DNA of 64,000 nt from assembly GCA_035402765.1 (NCBI GenBank), contig DAONDX010000001.1:13090-77089 (forward strand), given 5' to 3'. Numbering within the stretch: position 1 is the stretch's first letter; every line of letters starts with the position of its first letter. This stretch comes from Candidatus Omnitrophota bacterium (lineage in GTDB: Bacteria; Omnitrophota; Gorgyraeia; Gygaellales; Profunditerraquicolaceae). Below are positions 26,572 through 36,031 of the stretch, piece by piece. The notes beneath the pieces were generated by a model that made no database searches, was not told the origin of the DNA, and worked only from the letters and a program-made list of their open reading frames with translations. The position numbers and the translations under genes were made by a program.

Positions 26572-26795
26572 CTTGTCTACCTAGACAACACCAACGCAAT
26601 ACCTTTAAGCGTTGGGTGTCTTGTCTACCTAGACGACACCAACGCAATACCAATTAGCGTTGGGTGTAGTCCTCAGTCAAATTAAACACCGGCGCAAATC
26701 AAAATAAGAACCGGACGTCTTATTAACGTCGGATGCCGCTCTATTAACAACACCGGCGCAATACCAACCAGCGCCGGTTAACACTTACTGAATAA
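26572..26795. repeat. array of hairpin repeats: two 48-bp tandem units plus two related units with compensatory stem changes
   Basis: Units at 26572-26619 and 26620-26667 differ at 4 of 48 positions. Each contains the palindrome GTCTACCTAGAC and the hairpin ACACCAACGC-loop-GCGTTGGGTGT. Downstream units read ACACCGGCGCAATACCAACCAGCGCCGGTT and ACACCGGCGCAAATC..., keeping the pairing AACGC/GCGTT against GGCGC/GCGCC. Confidence 0.6.
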
Positions 26796-26809
26796 ACTAT
26801 TATTATCTC

Positions 26810-26962
26810 TTATTTAGCTTTCCCTAAGATCTTATACATTCCGGTTCCGCATTCAGGACATTTGCCTTTCATTGCTGCCCGGCCGTTTTTCATCGTTACC
26901 TTCTGCTCATCTTTCATTGTTTTCTTACCCTTACATTTTACGCAATATCCAGTTTCACCCAT
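26810..26962 (-). CDS. small zinc-ribbon protein (50 aa, CxxC...CPECG), not in the ORF track
   Basis: The ATG is preceded by AAGGAGG with a 6-nt spacer. The translation is MGETGYCVKCKGKKTMKDEQKVTMKNGRAAMKGKCPECGTGMYKILGKAK. It resembles a widespread 50-aa zinc-ribbon family (DUF5679-like; the DUF number is from memory). Confidence 0.6.
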   Translation of the reverse strand: MGETGYCVKCKGKKTMKDEQKVTMKNGRAAMKGKCPECGTGMYKILGKAK

Positions 26963-27007
26963 TTGTTTCCTCCTTTTTATGCAACATGCATGTTCCCATT
27001 ACCGTTA

Positions 27008-27036
27008 ATTTTAACATAGTAAATTTTTCATGTCAA
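27008..27036 (-). promoter_or_regulatory. sigma70-type promoter TTGACA-17-TAAAAT for the small zinc-ribbon gene
   Basis: The reverse-complement reads TTGACATGAAAAATTTACTATGTTAAAAT. It is followed by a 45-nt leader to the SD and the ATG at 26962. Confidence 0.5.
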
Positions 27037-27039
27037 ATA

Positions 27040-27071
27040 ATTAATGGGGCCTTCCCGCGGAAGCTCCGGGC
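27040..27071 (-). terminator. candidate intrinsic terminator after the CNNM/CBS gene
   Basis: The GC-rich palindrome GGCCCGGAGCUUCCGCGGGAAGGCCCC is followed by AUUAAUUAUUUG, 16 nt after the stop. Confidence 0.4.
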
Positions 27072-27086
27072 CTAAAGAATATCTGC

Positions 27087-28094
27087 CTACCCCTTGGAAT
27101 GCTTGCCTTTCATAGAATGCTTCTCTTCTATCTCTCCGACAATTTCTTCCAACAAGTCTTCTAAAGTAACCAGACCTAATGCTAAATTATTCTTGTCGGC
27201 GATAATGGCAATCTGAATCTTATCAGTTTGAAACCTCCTGAGCATCTCACTAACCCGCATTGAACTGGGGACAAAACAAGCCCCGTGCAGCAGATCCTGC
27301 AACAGGAATAAACCTTTTTCACGCAAAATATACAAAAGATCGCGGGCATAAACTATACCGATAATATTATCCTTCTTCCCTTGATATACCGGAAGCCGGG
27401 CATGCCCCTCTTCCACAAAAATACTTAACAAATCTTCGGAAGTAATATTGATATCTACCGCGATAATTTTTTCTTTAGGAACCATAACATCGGCTAATTT
27501 AGTATTTCCGAATTCAAAAATACGGTGGAACATCTTACGCTCTTCTTCACTTAAGACTCCCTCCTCCTGGCCAACCTCAATTAAGGTTTTTAATTCTTCC
27601 ACGGTAATCAAAGGGGATTTCTTAGCTGTGTCTGCTGCAAATATTTTTAAAAGGAAATTACTGATCCCAATAAAAAATGTGATAAAAGGTTTTAGAATTA
27701 CCAACGCCCCTTCCATAAACGGCGCGGTAAACAAAGCGACCTTTTCAGCATGTTTAGAAGCAAGTATTTTAGGAGTAACTTCACAAAAAATCAGCAAAAA
27801 TAAAGTTGTCGTAAAAGTAGAAACTACAACCCCCCAACGGTAACCGAAAATCGGAAGAAATATTCCGGTGACAATCGCCGAAACCGCGATATTTACCAGA
27901 TTATTACCGATGAGTATAGCCGCAATCACTTTATCTAATTTAGCTACCAGCCTGGCAACACTTTGAGCGCGCTTAATTTGCTGCTGCAGCATATGCCGCA
28001 GCCGGATTTTGCTTAATCCGATCATCGCGGTCTCAGATGCCGAAAAGAAAAAGGAAAGTACGACCAAAACTAATATAATTAAAAAAATAATCAT
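27087..28094 (-). CDS. hemolysin-family protein with a CNNM/DUF21 transmembrane domain and a CBS pair (no CorC_HlyC domain)
   Basis: The N-terminal four-TM DUF21 motif FFSASETA is followed by tandem CBS domains. The ORF ends after the CBS pair. Confidence 0.8.
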   Translation of the reverse strand: MIIFLIILVLVVLSFFFSASETAMIGLSKIRLRHMLQQQIKRAQSVARLVAKLDKVIAAILIGNNLVNIAVSAIVTGIFLPIFGYRWGVVVSTFTTTLFLLIFCEVTPKILASKHAEKVALFTAPFMEGALVILKPFITFFIGISNFLLKIFAADTAKKSPLITVEELKTLIEVGQEEGVLSEEERKMFHRIFEFGNTKLADVMVPKEKIIAVDINITSEDLLSIFVEEGHARLPVYQGKKDNIIGIVYARDLLYILREKGLFLLQDLLHGACFVPSSMRVSEMLRRFQTDKIQIAIIADKNNLALGLVTLEDLLEEIVGEIEEKHSMKGKHSKG

Positions 28095-29365
28095 CCCTGC
28101 CTTAAATTAAGTTTGTGATAAATTTGTTTTTCGTTCTTGCCCAGCGGTCCGATCAAAGCCAGATTAATAATCTCTTGCCGGAATATCTGTCTGGCAACCA
28201 GACGGACATCCTCCAGGCAAACCCGGTTTACCTCTTTAATAATCTGATCTAAAGAATAAACCTTATCTAAACAGGCAATACTCTCCCCCATCCAAAGCAT
28301 ATATTCCATAGTATCCTCAAGCGCCAGACTTAACTGCCCCTGATAAAACTCTTTGGCCCGCTTGAATTCATCTTTAGTGACCAGGGTCTTTTTAGTCTTA
28401 CCCAACTCTTGTAAAATCAACCCCAGGCAATCCTGGACCTTAAGGTTATCGATCCCGGCATGTACTAAAAATACTCCGGTATCATTATAACGTTTAAGCC
28501 CGGTACCGATTTCATAAGCCAAGCCTCTTTTTTCCCGGACTTCATTAAAAAGCCGGCTGGACATATTCCCCCCTAAAATTATATGCAAGATTGCCTGCGC
28601 GTGCCTTAAAGGATGATCGCGTTTTAAAGCGTGAAAACCCATGGCCATATGGGTCTGTTCGGTCCCTTTATGAAAAATCTTTAGCTGCGGCTTATCTTGA
28701 GATTGCCGGGCTTTTATAAAAGTATTTAACCCGCTATTTTTAAGCGGAGAAAAAATTTCCGAAACCCGGCTTGCCAATAAATCATCCTCCAGTAAACCGG
28801 CGGCACTAATCACCATATTCTCCGGAGTATAGTGCCGGCTTTGGAACGATTTTAAAACCTTTCGATCGATACTATTTACGGTTTCCACTGTGCCGATTAC
28901 CGGAGAACCTAAAGCTTGCCGCGGCCAAAGTAGTTCATCCAGCAGTTCATTAACATAGCTTTGCGGAAGATCCCGATACATCTTTAACTCTTCCAAAACC
29001 ACGGTTTTTTCTTTATGAATATCCGTTGCCGTTAAGCACGGGTTGATCACCATGTCGGATAAAATATCTAAAGCCTCCAACAGGTAACGGTGGGGAATCT
29101 TAACCAGATAGCAGGTGTGCTCCTCGGAAGTAAAACCATTCAGCGATCCCCCTACTCCTTCAATCGATTCTTTGATCGAGCGGCAGGAATATTTTTTACT
29201 GCCTTTAAAAAGCAGGTGCTCAAGAAAATGCGAGATGCCTTTTTGCTCAGGCAGCTCATAACGACTGCCAATATTGATCCAAATTCCCAAAGACACCGAA
29301 TGCACCCCGGCGGAACGCTTAGTGATTATTCTTAAACCGTTCTTTAGTTTTTTTCTTTTATACAT
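28091..29365 (-). CDS. M16-family zinc peptidase (pitrilysin-like)
   Basis: The inverted zinc-binding motif HFLEHLLFKG is followed by a glutamate in the N-terminal domain. 424 aa with a two-domain M16 layout. Confidence 0.8.
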   Translation of the reverse strand: MYKRKKLKNGLRIITKRSAGVHSVSLGIWINIGSRYELPEQKGISHFLEHLLFKGSKKYSCRSIKESIEGVGGSLNGFTSEEHTCYLVKIPHRYLLEALDILSDMVINPCLTATDIHKEKTVVLEELKMYRDLPQSYVNELLDELLWPRQALGSPVIGTVETVNSIDRKVLKSFQSRHYTPENMVISAAGLLEDDLLASRVSEIFSPLKNSGLNTFIKARQSQDKPQLKIFHKGTEQTHMAMGFHALKRDHPLRHAQAILHIILGGNMSSRLFNEVREKRGLAYEIGTGLKRYNDTGVFLVHAGIDNLKVQDCLGLILQELGKTKKTLVTKDEFKRAKEFYQGQLSLALEDTMEYMLWMGESIACLDKVYSLDQIIKEVNRVCLEDVRLVARQIFRQEIINLALIGPLGKNEKQIYHKLNLRQG

Positions 29366-30143
29366 TTAATTTCCCCACAAATTCGCCTACTCTTTGCACC
29401 AAATTAGCCCTTCCCATATTTTTTTTGATCTGGGCAACGATTGCGCTGCCTACAATTACTCCGTCGGAAATCCGGCCGACCTGACGGACTTGTCCGGCAT
29501 TTGATATGCCAAACCCGACACAAACCGGTTTAGTGGTTAACTTTTTAATGGCGGCTAGCTTGATTTTTAAATCTGAACTTAAATTTTTACGGCCGCCGGT
29601 TACCCCGGTCAAAGAAACATAATAAATAAATCCGCGGGCAACTTTCAAAATAGCCTTAATCCTCGCTAAAGAACTGGTAGGAGTAATAAAACAAATATTC
29701 GCCAGCTGCTTTTGGTTAGCATAACGGCTGAATTCTCTGGCTTCTTCAAATGGTAAATCCGGGATAATCACTCCGTCGACGCCGGCGGCTTGCGCTCTAT
29801 CCACAAAAGCTTTTTGGCCAAAACAAAAAACCGGATTATAATAAGTCATCAAACAAATCGGCACATCAGTAACTTTACGCAAACGCTTAACTAATTCTAA
29901 GATCTTTACCAGATTAGTCCCTTTTTTAAGGGAATATCCTGAAGCTTCTTGAATCGTAGGACCGTCAGCCAGGGGATCAGAAAAAGGCACGCCCAATTCA
30001 ATTAGATCTACTCCTTTTTTCTCTAATTCCATAACTAACCCGGCGGTCGTAGATAGATCCGGAAAACCAGCAGTAATAAAAGCAATAAAAGCTTTCTTAC
30101 CTTGATTTTTCAGTTGAATAAATTTTCTATCAATCCTGTTCAT
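29358..30143 (-). CDS. trpA: tryptophan synthase alpha chain
   Basis: Motifs [17 protein letters not shown] and GFGIS. I placed the start at the ATG at 30143 (MNRIDRKF...), which overlaps the trpB stop. The track start at 30179 is a TTG. Confidence 0.85.
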   Translation of the reverse strand: MNRIDRKFIQLKNQGKKAFIAFITAGFPDLSTTAGLVMELEKKGVDLIELGVPFSDPLADGPTIQEASGYSLKKGTNLVKILELVKRLRKVTDVPICLMTYYNPVFCFGQKAFVDRAQAAGVDGVIIPDLPFEEAREFSRYANQKQLANICFITPTSSLARIKAILKVARGFIYYVSLTGVTGGRKNLSSDLKIKLAAIKKLTTKPVCVGFGISNAGQVRQVGRISDGVIVGSAIVAQIKKNMGRANLVQRVGEFVGKLNV

Positions 30144-31335
30144 GTAAATCCTTATCCCCTCTTCCGGAAAGACAAACAATAACTAAAGCCCGCTTAAACA
30201 TTTTTTTAAATTTATTTAGATATCCGATCGCATGCGCAGACTCCAGCGCCGGAATGATCCCTTCCACCAATGATAATAATTTAAATCCCGCCAAGGCCTC
30301 TTGATCCGTAACTGAAGTATAATCAGCCCGTTTGATCTGCTGATAATAAGCATGCTCCGGCCCTACTCCCGGATAATCTAATCCGGCAGCCACCGAATAC
30401 GCATTTTTGATCTGGCCGAACTTATCTTCTAAAATTTTTGATTTAGTACCGTGCAGCACTCCGACTGAACCTGCGCCTAAGCTGGCAGAATGTTTACCGG
30501 AAGCTAAACCTAACCCCGCCGCTTCCACTCCGATCATTTTAACCTTCGAATCATTAAAAAAAGGATGAAACAGCCCCATGGCATTACTGCCGCCGCCAAC
30601 ACAAGCCAACAGATAATCCGGAAGACGCTTTTCTTTCTTTAAGATCTGCGCCCGGGCTTCTTTACCGATCACCGATTGGAAATTACGCACCATTTCAGGA
30701 TACGGATACGGCCCGGCAACCGTACCAATTACATAGTAGGTATTGCGCACATTAGTTACCCAATCCCGCAAAGCCTCGGTCATGGCGTCTTTTAAAGTTT
30801 GCGTGCCGCTTTTTACACTGATCACCCTGGCACCCAGCAATTTCATCCGCATTACATTTAAAGCCTGACGGCGGATATCTTCCTCTCCCATGTAGACATC
30901 ACATTTTAACCCGAATAAAGCCGCCACCGTAGCCGTAGCCACCCCATGCTGGCCTGCCCCGGTTTCGGCAATCAATCTTTTTTTACCCATTCTTACCGCT
31001 AAAAGCACCTGCCCCAAAGTATTATTAATTTTATGCGACCCGGTGTGCAGGAGATCTTCTCTTTTTAAATAAATTTTCCGAATACCTAAATACCGGCTTA
31101 AATTAACCGCTTCATAAAGCGGAGTCGGACGCCCCGCATACTCGGCAAGATAATCGGCTAGCTTGCGGTTAAATTCTTTATCGCCCTTAACTTGCGCGTA
31201 TTCTTTAGTTAATTCATCCAAAGCATAAATCAGCGTTTCAGGAACAAACCTTCCTCCAAATTGCCCAAAATGGCCTACCTTAGAAACAGGTTGGTACGGT
31301 TTTAATTTTTTATTGAGTTGGATAAATTTTTTCAT
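30130..31335 (-). CDS. trpB: tryptophan synthase beta chain
   Basis: [12 protein letters not shown] and the PLP-lysine motif HTGSHKINN. 401 aa. Confidence 0.95.
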   Translation of the reverse strand: MKKFIQLNKKLKPYQPVSKVGHFGQFGGRFVPETLIYALDELTKEYAQVKGDKEFNRKLADYLAEYAGRPTPLYEAVNLSRYLGIRKIYLKREDLLHTGSHKINNTLGQVLLAVRMGKKRLIAETGAGQHGVATATVAALFGLKCDVYMGEEDIRRQALNVMRMKLLGARVISVKSGTQTLKDAMTEALRDWVTNVRNTYYVIGTVAGPYPYPEMVRNFQSVIGKEARAQILKKEKRLPDYLLACVGGGSNAMGLFHPFFNDSKVKMIGVEAAGLGLASGKHSASLGAGSVGVLHGTKSKILEDKFGQIKNAYSVAAGLDYPGVGPEHAYYQQIKRADYTSVTDQEALAGFKLLSLVEGIIPALESAHAIGYLNKFKKMFKRALVIVCLSGRGDKDLHEQD

Positions 31336-31696
31336 AATCCCTTAGCGAACCATTGCTTAAAAAATCTTTTAGAATATCATACCCTTTGCCCAGATCCCCG
31401 AACATCCCCTGGACGTTACCCAAGAGGTTAAAAGAAGGCATACTGAAATTAGTCAGATTAGCCCTAAAAGCCATAATTTTATACATCGCCGCATCCAGCA
31501 TAAAAGAAGCTAAGTAGATAAAAACACCGCAAATCAAAATTAACACGGCTATCCAAGTCAAGCAGCCCAGCAGGCATTTCATCCCTTTGCTTTTAGGCTT
31601 TATAAACAAGCCGCGTTTATCTAAAAACTCACCGCAATAGCGGCATTTTATGGCGTCATCTTGAATTTCTTCTGCGCAAAATTGGCACTTTTTCAT
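31310..31696 (-). CDS. hypothetical zinc-ribbon / transmembrane protein embedded in the trp operon
   Basis: The N-terminal CQFCAEEI...CRYCGE zinc ribbon is followed by two predicted TM helices. The ORF overlaps the trpB start by 26 nt and lies 12 nt after trpF. Confidence 0.55.
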   Translation of the reverse strand: MKKCQFCAEEIQDDAIKCRYCGEFLDKRGLFIKPKSKGMKCLLGCLTWIAVLILICGVFIYLASFMLDAAMYKIMAFRANLTNFSMPSFNLLGNVQGMFGDLGKGYDILKDFLSNGSLRDYEKIYPTQ

Positions 31697-31708
31697 ATCT
31701 GGCTTTCT

Positions 31709-32320
31709 TTAGCTTAATGCCTGAATAAATCTTTTAACCTTCCGGTGGTCTTTTTTTCCGGGGCTTGATTCTAAACTGCTGGAAGCATCCACCCAATCAG
31801 GTTTTAATAAACTAACCGCCTTAATCACATTGCCCGAAGTCAATCCTCCGGAAATAAATACGACAGGCTTCATTCTAGCTGCTTGAGCAAGTATTTTCCA
31901 GTTAAATTTTTTTCCCGTACCGCCTAAACTGGTCTTAGAAAAACTATCAAACAAATAAGCAAAAGTTTTATATTGAAGAACCTTGTTCAAATCCTCTTTT
32001 TTTCCTATCCGGAAAGCTTTAATAACTTTATAATCTTTAAATTTCCGGCAGTAAGCAGGCGATTCTTGGCCGTGGAATTGTAACATATCTAAACGCACTT
32101 CCCGGGCGATCCTTCTTACCGTAGGCATCTTTTCATCCACAAAAACTCCCACCCGTAAAATTCTTTTCGGCAGGATCTTGGATATATTTTTAGCTTGCCG
32201 CGGTTGAATATAACGCGGGCTTTTTTTATAGAAAACAAATCCTAAAGCCCCGGCGCCGGCAAAATAACTAAATAAAGCATCCTCTAAATTAGTAATCCCG
32301 CATATTTTTACTTTAACCAT
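31709..32320 (-). CDS. trpF: phosphoribosylanthranilate isomerase
   Basis: 203 aa with N-terminal KICGIT and the TIM-barrel PRAI family. Confidence 0.85.
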   Translation of the reverse strand: MVKVKICGITNLEDALFSYFAGAGALGFVFYKKSPRYIQPRQAKNISKILPKRILRVGVFVDEKMPTVRRIAREVRLDMLQFHGQESPAYCRKFKDYKVIKAFRIGKKEDLNKVLQYKTFAYLFDSFSKTSLGGTGKKFNWKILAQAARMKPVVFISGGLTSGNVIKAVSLLKPDWVDASSSLESSPGKKDHRKVKRFIQALS

Positions 32321-32414
32321 ATTTTTAAACCTTAAACCGGCGGTAGCGCTAAACGGGAAAACTTCAGTAGCAGGCTGCCCGCCGATAGCTTAGCGACCAG
32401 GACCCTTAAAGCGC

Positions 32415-33203
32415 CTACCAGCCCATTACCTCTTCCACTTTGTTTTTGATATCTTCTGCTTCCATAAAAGCTGTACCAATCAACACTCCGCTAGCACCTA
32501 AAATTTTCAAAAACAAAATATCCTGTGAATTTTTTATCCCGCTTTCAACCACGACTGTCTTTTCTTTGGGAATTAAAGTAAATAATTTCTCCGTGGTCTT
32601 AAAATCAATCTCAAGCGTGCGGAGCGAGCGGTTGTTAATACCAATAATCGGCACCTTAAGGCTCAAGACTTTCTTAAGCTCTTTTTCATCATGCACTTCA
32701 ACCAGATAATCCAATCCCAGGGTATCGGCAATCTGCATTAATTCGACCAGCTTGTCTTTAGTCAATAGGTCGGCGATCAATAGGATTGCGTCCGCCCCGA
32801 AATAACGCGACTCATAAACCTGATAGCTTTCTAAAATAAAATCTTTTCGCAAAACCGGGACCGTCATAATATTCTTGACCTGATTTAGATAAGCCAGATT
32901 ACCGCTAAAAAAATCCTCTTCCGTCAATACAGAAACCGCTTGGACCCCGGCATCCTGATAATTACGGGCGATCTCCTCTAAATTAAAATTCTGCCGGATA
33001 ATGCCTTTAGAAGGCGAAGCCTGCTTGATCTCGGCGATTAACGAAATTTGTTTAGGCTTGCTGATTGCTTCCTTAAACGGCCGGGTAGCCGGCAAACCGG
33101 CTGATTGAGCAATTAATTCCTCCTGGCTGATCTGCTGTTTAGCCAAAAGGATCCTTTCTTTCTTTTTCGCCACAATTTGCTTTAAAATATCGGTTTTAGC
33201 CAT
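32415..33203 (-). CDS. trpC: indole-3-glycerol phosphate synthase
   Basis: Motifs IAEIKQASPSKG and GINNRSL. 262 aa. Confidence 0.9.
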   Translation of the reverse strand: MAKTDILKQIVAKKKERILLAKQQISQEELIAQSAGLPATRPFKEAISKPKQISLIAEIKQASPSKGIIRQNFNLEEIARNYQDAGVQAVSVLTEEDFFSGNLAYLNQVKNIMTVPVLRKDFILESYQVYESRYFGADAILLIADLLTKDKLVELMQIADTLGLDYLVEVHDEKELKKVLSLKVPIIGINNRSLRTLEIDFKTTEKLFTLIPKEKTVVVESGIKNSQDILFLKILGASGVLIGTAFMEAEDIKNKVEEVMGW

Positions 33204-34209
33204 TATTCGAATACTCCTTCAATAACTTGAGTTTATTAGCTGCCGCCCCGGAATCAATGGATTCTGCCGCGAGTTTTATTCCTCTGGCGATGGTATCAGT
33301 TTTATTGGCCGCATAAATAGCGCAACCGGCATTAAGTAAAACAATATCCCGGCGGGCGCCCCGGGCTCCGGTTAAGATACTATTAGCAATTTCCACATTC
33401 TCATCGACTGAACCGCCCAATATATCATTAATGTTTGCCCGCTTAAAACCGAAATCCTCCGGAGTGATTTCATAATCTTTGATCACCCGGCCGGAGACCT
33501 CAGTAACAAAAGTCTTCTCCGTCGTAGTTATTTCATCCAAACCATCCGCTCCATAAACCACTAAGATGTGGCTGGAGCCTAAATTATGCAGGACTTCTGC
33601 CAGAGGCCTTACCCATTGTTTAGAGTATACGCCGATCAGCTGATTCGTTGCCCGCGCCGGATTAATCAACGGCCCGAGAATATTAAAAATTGTTTTTTGG
33701 GCAATTTGTTTTCTTGCCGGCATGACATAGCGCATCGCTAAATGCAGCTTGGGAGCAAATAAAAAAGCAATCCCGATCTCTTCAAGGCATTTTTTAATTT
33801 TCGCCGCATCCATGTCAATTTTGACACCTAAAGCTTCCAGGATATCCGCGCTTCCGCACCGGCTGGATACGGAACGATTGCCGTGTTTAGCTACCGTCAC
33901 TCCGGCGCCGCTGGCAACTAAAGCGGAAATTGTGGAGATATTAAAGGTGCCTTTTTTATCTCCCCCGGTACCGCAGGTATCCAGGATATTAGGCTTATCT
34001 ACAATTACCGGCTCAACATATTTAAGCATCACATTTACCGCCGAGGTTATTTCGGCCACGGTCTCGCCTTTTTCATTCAGGGAAGTTAAAAAAGCAATGA
34101 TATCGGCGGTATCCACCGCGCCGCTTAAAATCTCCCGCATTACCTGTTGCATCTGCAAAGGCGTTAAATTCTTTTTATCCAATAACCGTTTAATCAAATC
34201 TTTAATCAT
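33196..34209 (-). CDS. trpD: anthranilate phosphoribosyltransferase
   Basis: Motifs DTCGTGGD and NISTISA. 337 aa. Confidence 0.9.
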   Translation of the reverse strand: MIKDLIKRLLDKKNLTPLQMQQVMREILSGAVDTADIIAFLTSLNEKGETVAEITSAVNVMLKYVEPVIVDKPNILDTCGTGGDKKGTFNISTISALVASGAGVTVAKHGNRSVSSRCGSADILEALGVKIDMDAAKIKKCLEEIGIAFLFAPKLHLAMRYVMPARKQIAQKTIFNILGPLINPARATNQLIGVYSKQWVRPLAEVLHNLGSSHILVVYGADGLDEITTTEKTFVTEVSGRVIKDYEITPEDFGFKRANINDILGGSVDENVEIANSILTGARGARRDIVLLNAGCAIYAANKTDTIARGIKLAAESIDSGAAANKLKLLKEYSNNG

Positions 34210-34772
34210 TTAAGTTTAATAAAATTATCCAGTATGTCTTTGCCGCTTTTAGTCAATATTGATTCCGGATGAAACTGTACGCCCCAAACAGGATAAGCTT
34301 TGTGCTTCAGGCCCATAACTTCAGCATCATTTGTCCAAGCGATTAGCTCCAGGCAATCCGGGAGGCTCCTCTTTTCCACCAGCAAAGAATGATAACGCGT
34401 AGCCATAAACGGATTGGGAATATTTTTAAAAATATCTTTTTGGTTATGATAAATTTTGGAGGTCTTGCCATGCATCAACCTGGCGGCTTGCACGATTTTG
34501 CCTCCGAAACAATAGCCGATCGCCTGGTGCCCCAGGCAAACTCCCAAAATAGGGATTTTTCCGCAAAATTCTTTGATTACCGCACAGGAAATACCGGCAT
34601 TTTCCGGCCGGCCCGGGCCCGGAGAAATAACGATCTTTTGCGGATTGAGCTGTTTAATATCTTCAAGAGAAAGAAGATCATTGCGATAAACTAAAACCCG
34701 CTGTCCTAATTCTCCCAGGTACTGGACCAGATTATAAGTAAAAGAATCATAGTTATCGATCATTAAAATCAT
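34206..34772 (-). CDS. trpG: anthranilate synthase component II (class I glutamine amidotransferase; trpG/pabA type)
   Basis: The GATase triad context GVCLGHQ and HPE. 188 aa. No trpE is adjacent. Confidence 0.85.
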   Translation of the reverse strand: MILMIDNYDSFTYNLVQYLGELGQRVLVYRNDLLSLEDIKQLNPQKIVISPGPGRPENAGISCAVIKEFCGKIPILGVCLGHQAIGYCFGGKIVQAARLMHGKTSKIYHNQKDIFKNIPNPFMATRYHSLLVEKRSLPDCLELIAWTNDAEVMGLKHKAYPVWGVQFHPESILTKSGKDILDNFIKLK

Positions 34773-36031
34773 TCTTTTTCTCTCCAGACTCTTGCGCCTA
34801 AATTGATCAATTTTTGTTCGATAAATTCATACCCCCGCTCCAAGTGGTATATCCTGGAAATAGAAGTCTTGCCGTTCGCGGCAAGCCCGGCCAGGACCAA
34901 ACCAGCGGAAGCCCGCAAGTCAGATGCCATTACCGGAGCTCCGGATAGACTCTTTATCCCTTCCACAATCGCATGCGGCCCTTCTCTCTGGATATGGGCG
35001 CCCATTCGGTTAAGTTCGGCAACATGCATAAACCGGTCAGGATAAATTTTCTCAGTAATTACGCTGATACCCGGAGTAACCGCCATTAAGCTCATCATCT
35101 GCGCCTGCATATCGGTAGGAAATCCCGGGTAAGGAAGAGTGGTAATATTTACCGAATTTAATTTCCGGTTACCCTTAACCCGCACTGCCCCATCCTTGGC
35201 TTCCAGATGCGCCCCGGCTTCGTTTAATTTATCGATTAATGACCCCAAATGCTGGTATTGCACATTTTTAACCAGGACATCTCCGCCGGTGACCAGGGAA
35301 GCCAAGATCATTGTCCCAGCTTCAATCCGGTCAGGGATTATCTGATGCACGGCGCCGTGTAAATACTTGACTCCCTCGATTTCAATTACCGGAGTGCCAT
35401 GACCTTTAATTTTTGCGCCCATTTTGATTAAAAATTCCGCTAGATCTACTACCTCCGGCTCACAAGCCGCAGATTCAATAATCGTTTTACCGGATGCTAA
35501 CACCGCGGCCATCATTACATTATCCGTAGCTAAAACTGAGGAACCAAAAATCCCGCCCAGATAAATATAGGCGCCGCGTAATTTACTGGCCTTGGCAATC
35601 ACATATCCGGCATCAATACTAATATCAGCACCCAGTGCCCGGATGCCTTTCAGGTGCAGATCGACCGGACGCACGCCGATTACGCAGCCTCCGGGAAGGG
35701 AAACTTTGGCTTGTTTCAATTTGCCCAAAAGTGGCCCCAAAACGCAAAATGAAGCCCGCATCGTCGAAACTAATTTATATTCGGCGATAAAACTGGCCTG
35801 CTTACCGGCAGCAACACTAACTTTGCCTTTGTCAAAATCGGCGATCTTGCCTAAAGCGCGTAAGATCTTAAGCATGCTGTTGGTATCGCGTAAATTCGGC
35901 ACGCCCTTAATTACGCATGGCTCATCCGTAAGCAAAGTCGCCGCCATAATCGGCAACACCGCATTTTTTGCCCCCGAAATCGTAACCTCGCCTTTTAATT
36001 TTACTCCGCCTTCAATAATCAATTTATCCAT
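34769..36031 (-). CDS. murA: UDP-N-acetylglucosamine 1-carboxyvinyltransferase
   Basis: 420 aa. The active-site context LPGGCVIG and the EPT family fit MurA. It overlaps trpG by 4 nt. Confidence 0.95.
   Translation of the reverse strand: MDKLIIEGGVKLKGEVTISGAKNAVLPIMAATLLTDEPCVIKGVPNLRDTNSMLKILRALGKIADFDKGKVSVAAGKQASFIAEYKLVSTMRASFCVLGPLLGKLKQAKVSLPGGCVIGVRPVDLHLKGIRALGADISIDAGYVIAKASKLRGAYIYLGGIFGSSVLATDNVMMAAVLASGKTIIESAACEPEVVDLAEFLIKMGAKIKGHGTPVIEIEGVKYLHGAVHQIIPDRIEAGTMILASLVTGGDVLVKNVQYQHLGSLIDKLNEAGAHLEAKDGAVRVKGNRKLNSVNITTLPYPGFPTDMQAQMMSLMAVTPGISVITEKIYPDRFMHVAELNRMGAHIQREGPHAIVEGIKSLSGAPVMASDLRASAGLVLAGLAANGKTSISRIYHLERGYEFIEQKLINLGARVWREKE

Noticed and set aside
26572-26795. The hairpin-repeat array as a CRISPR array
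   Set aside because: Only two near-identical units. The gaps between hairpins are 16-20 nt and not unique-spacer-like. No cas genes are present in the window.
26084-26810. tRNA or tmRNA genes in the hairpin-rich intergenic regions
   Set aside because: No T-loop GTTCRANYC, no acceptor/CCA architecture and no cloverleaf spacing.
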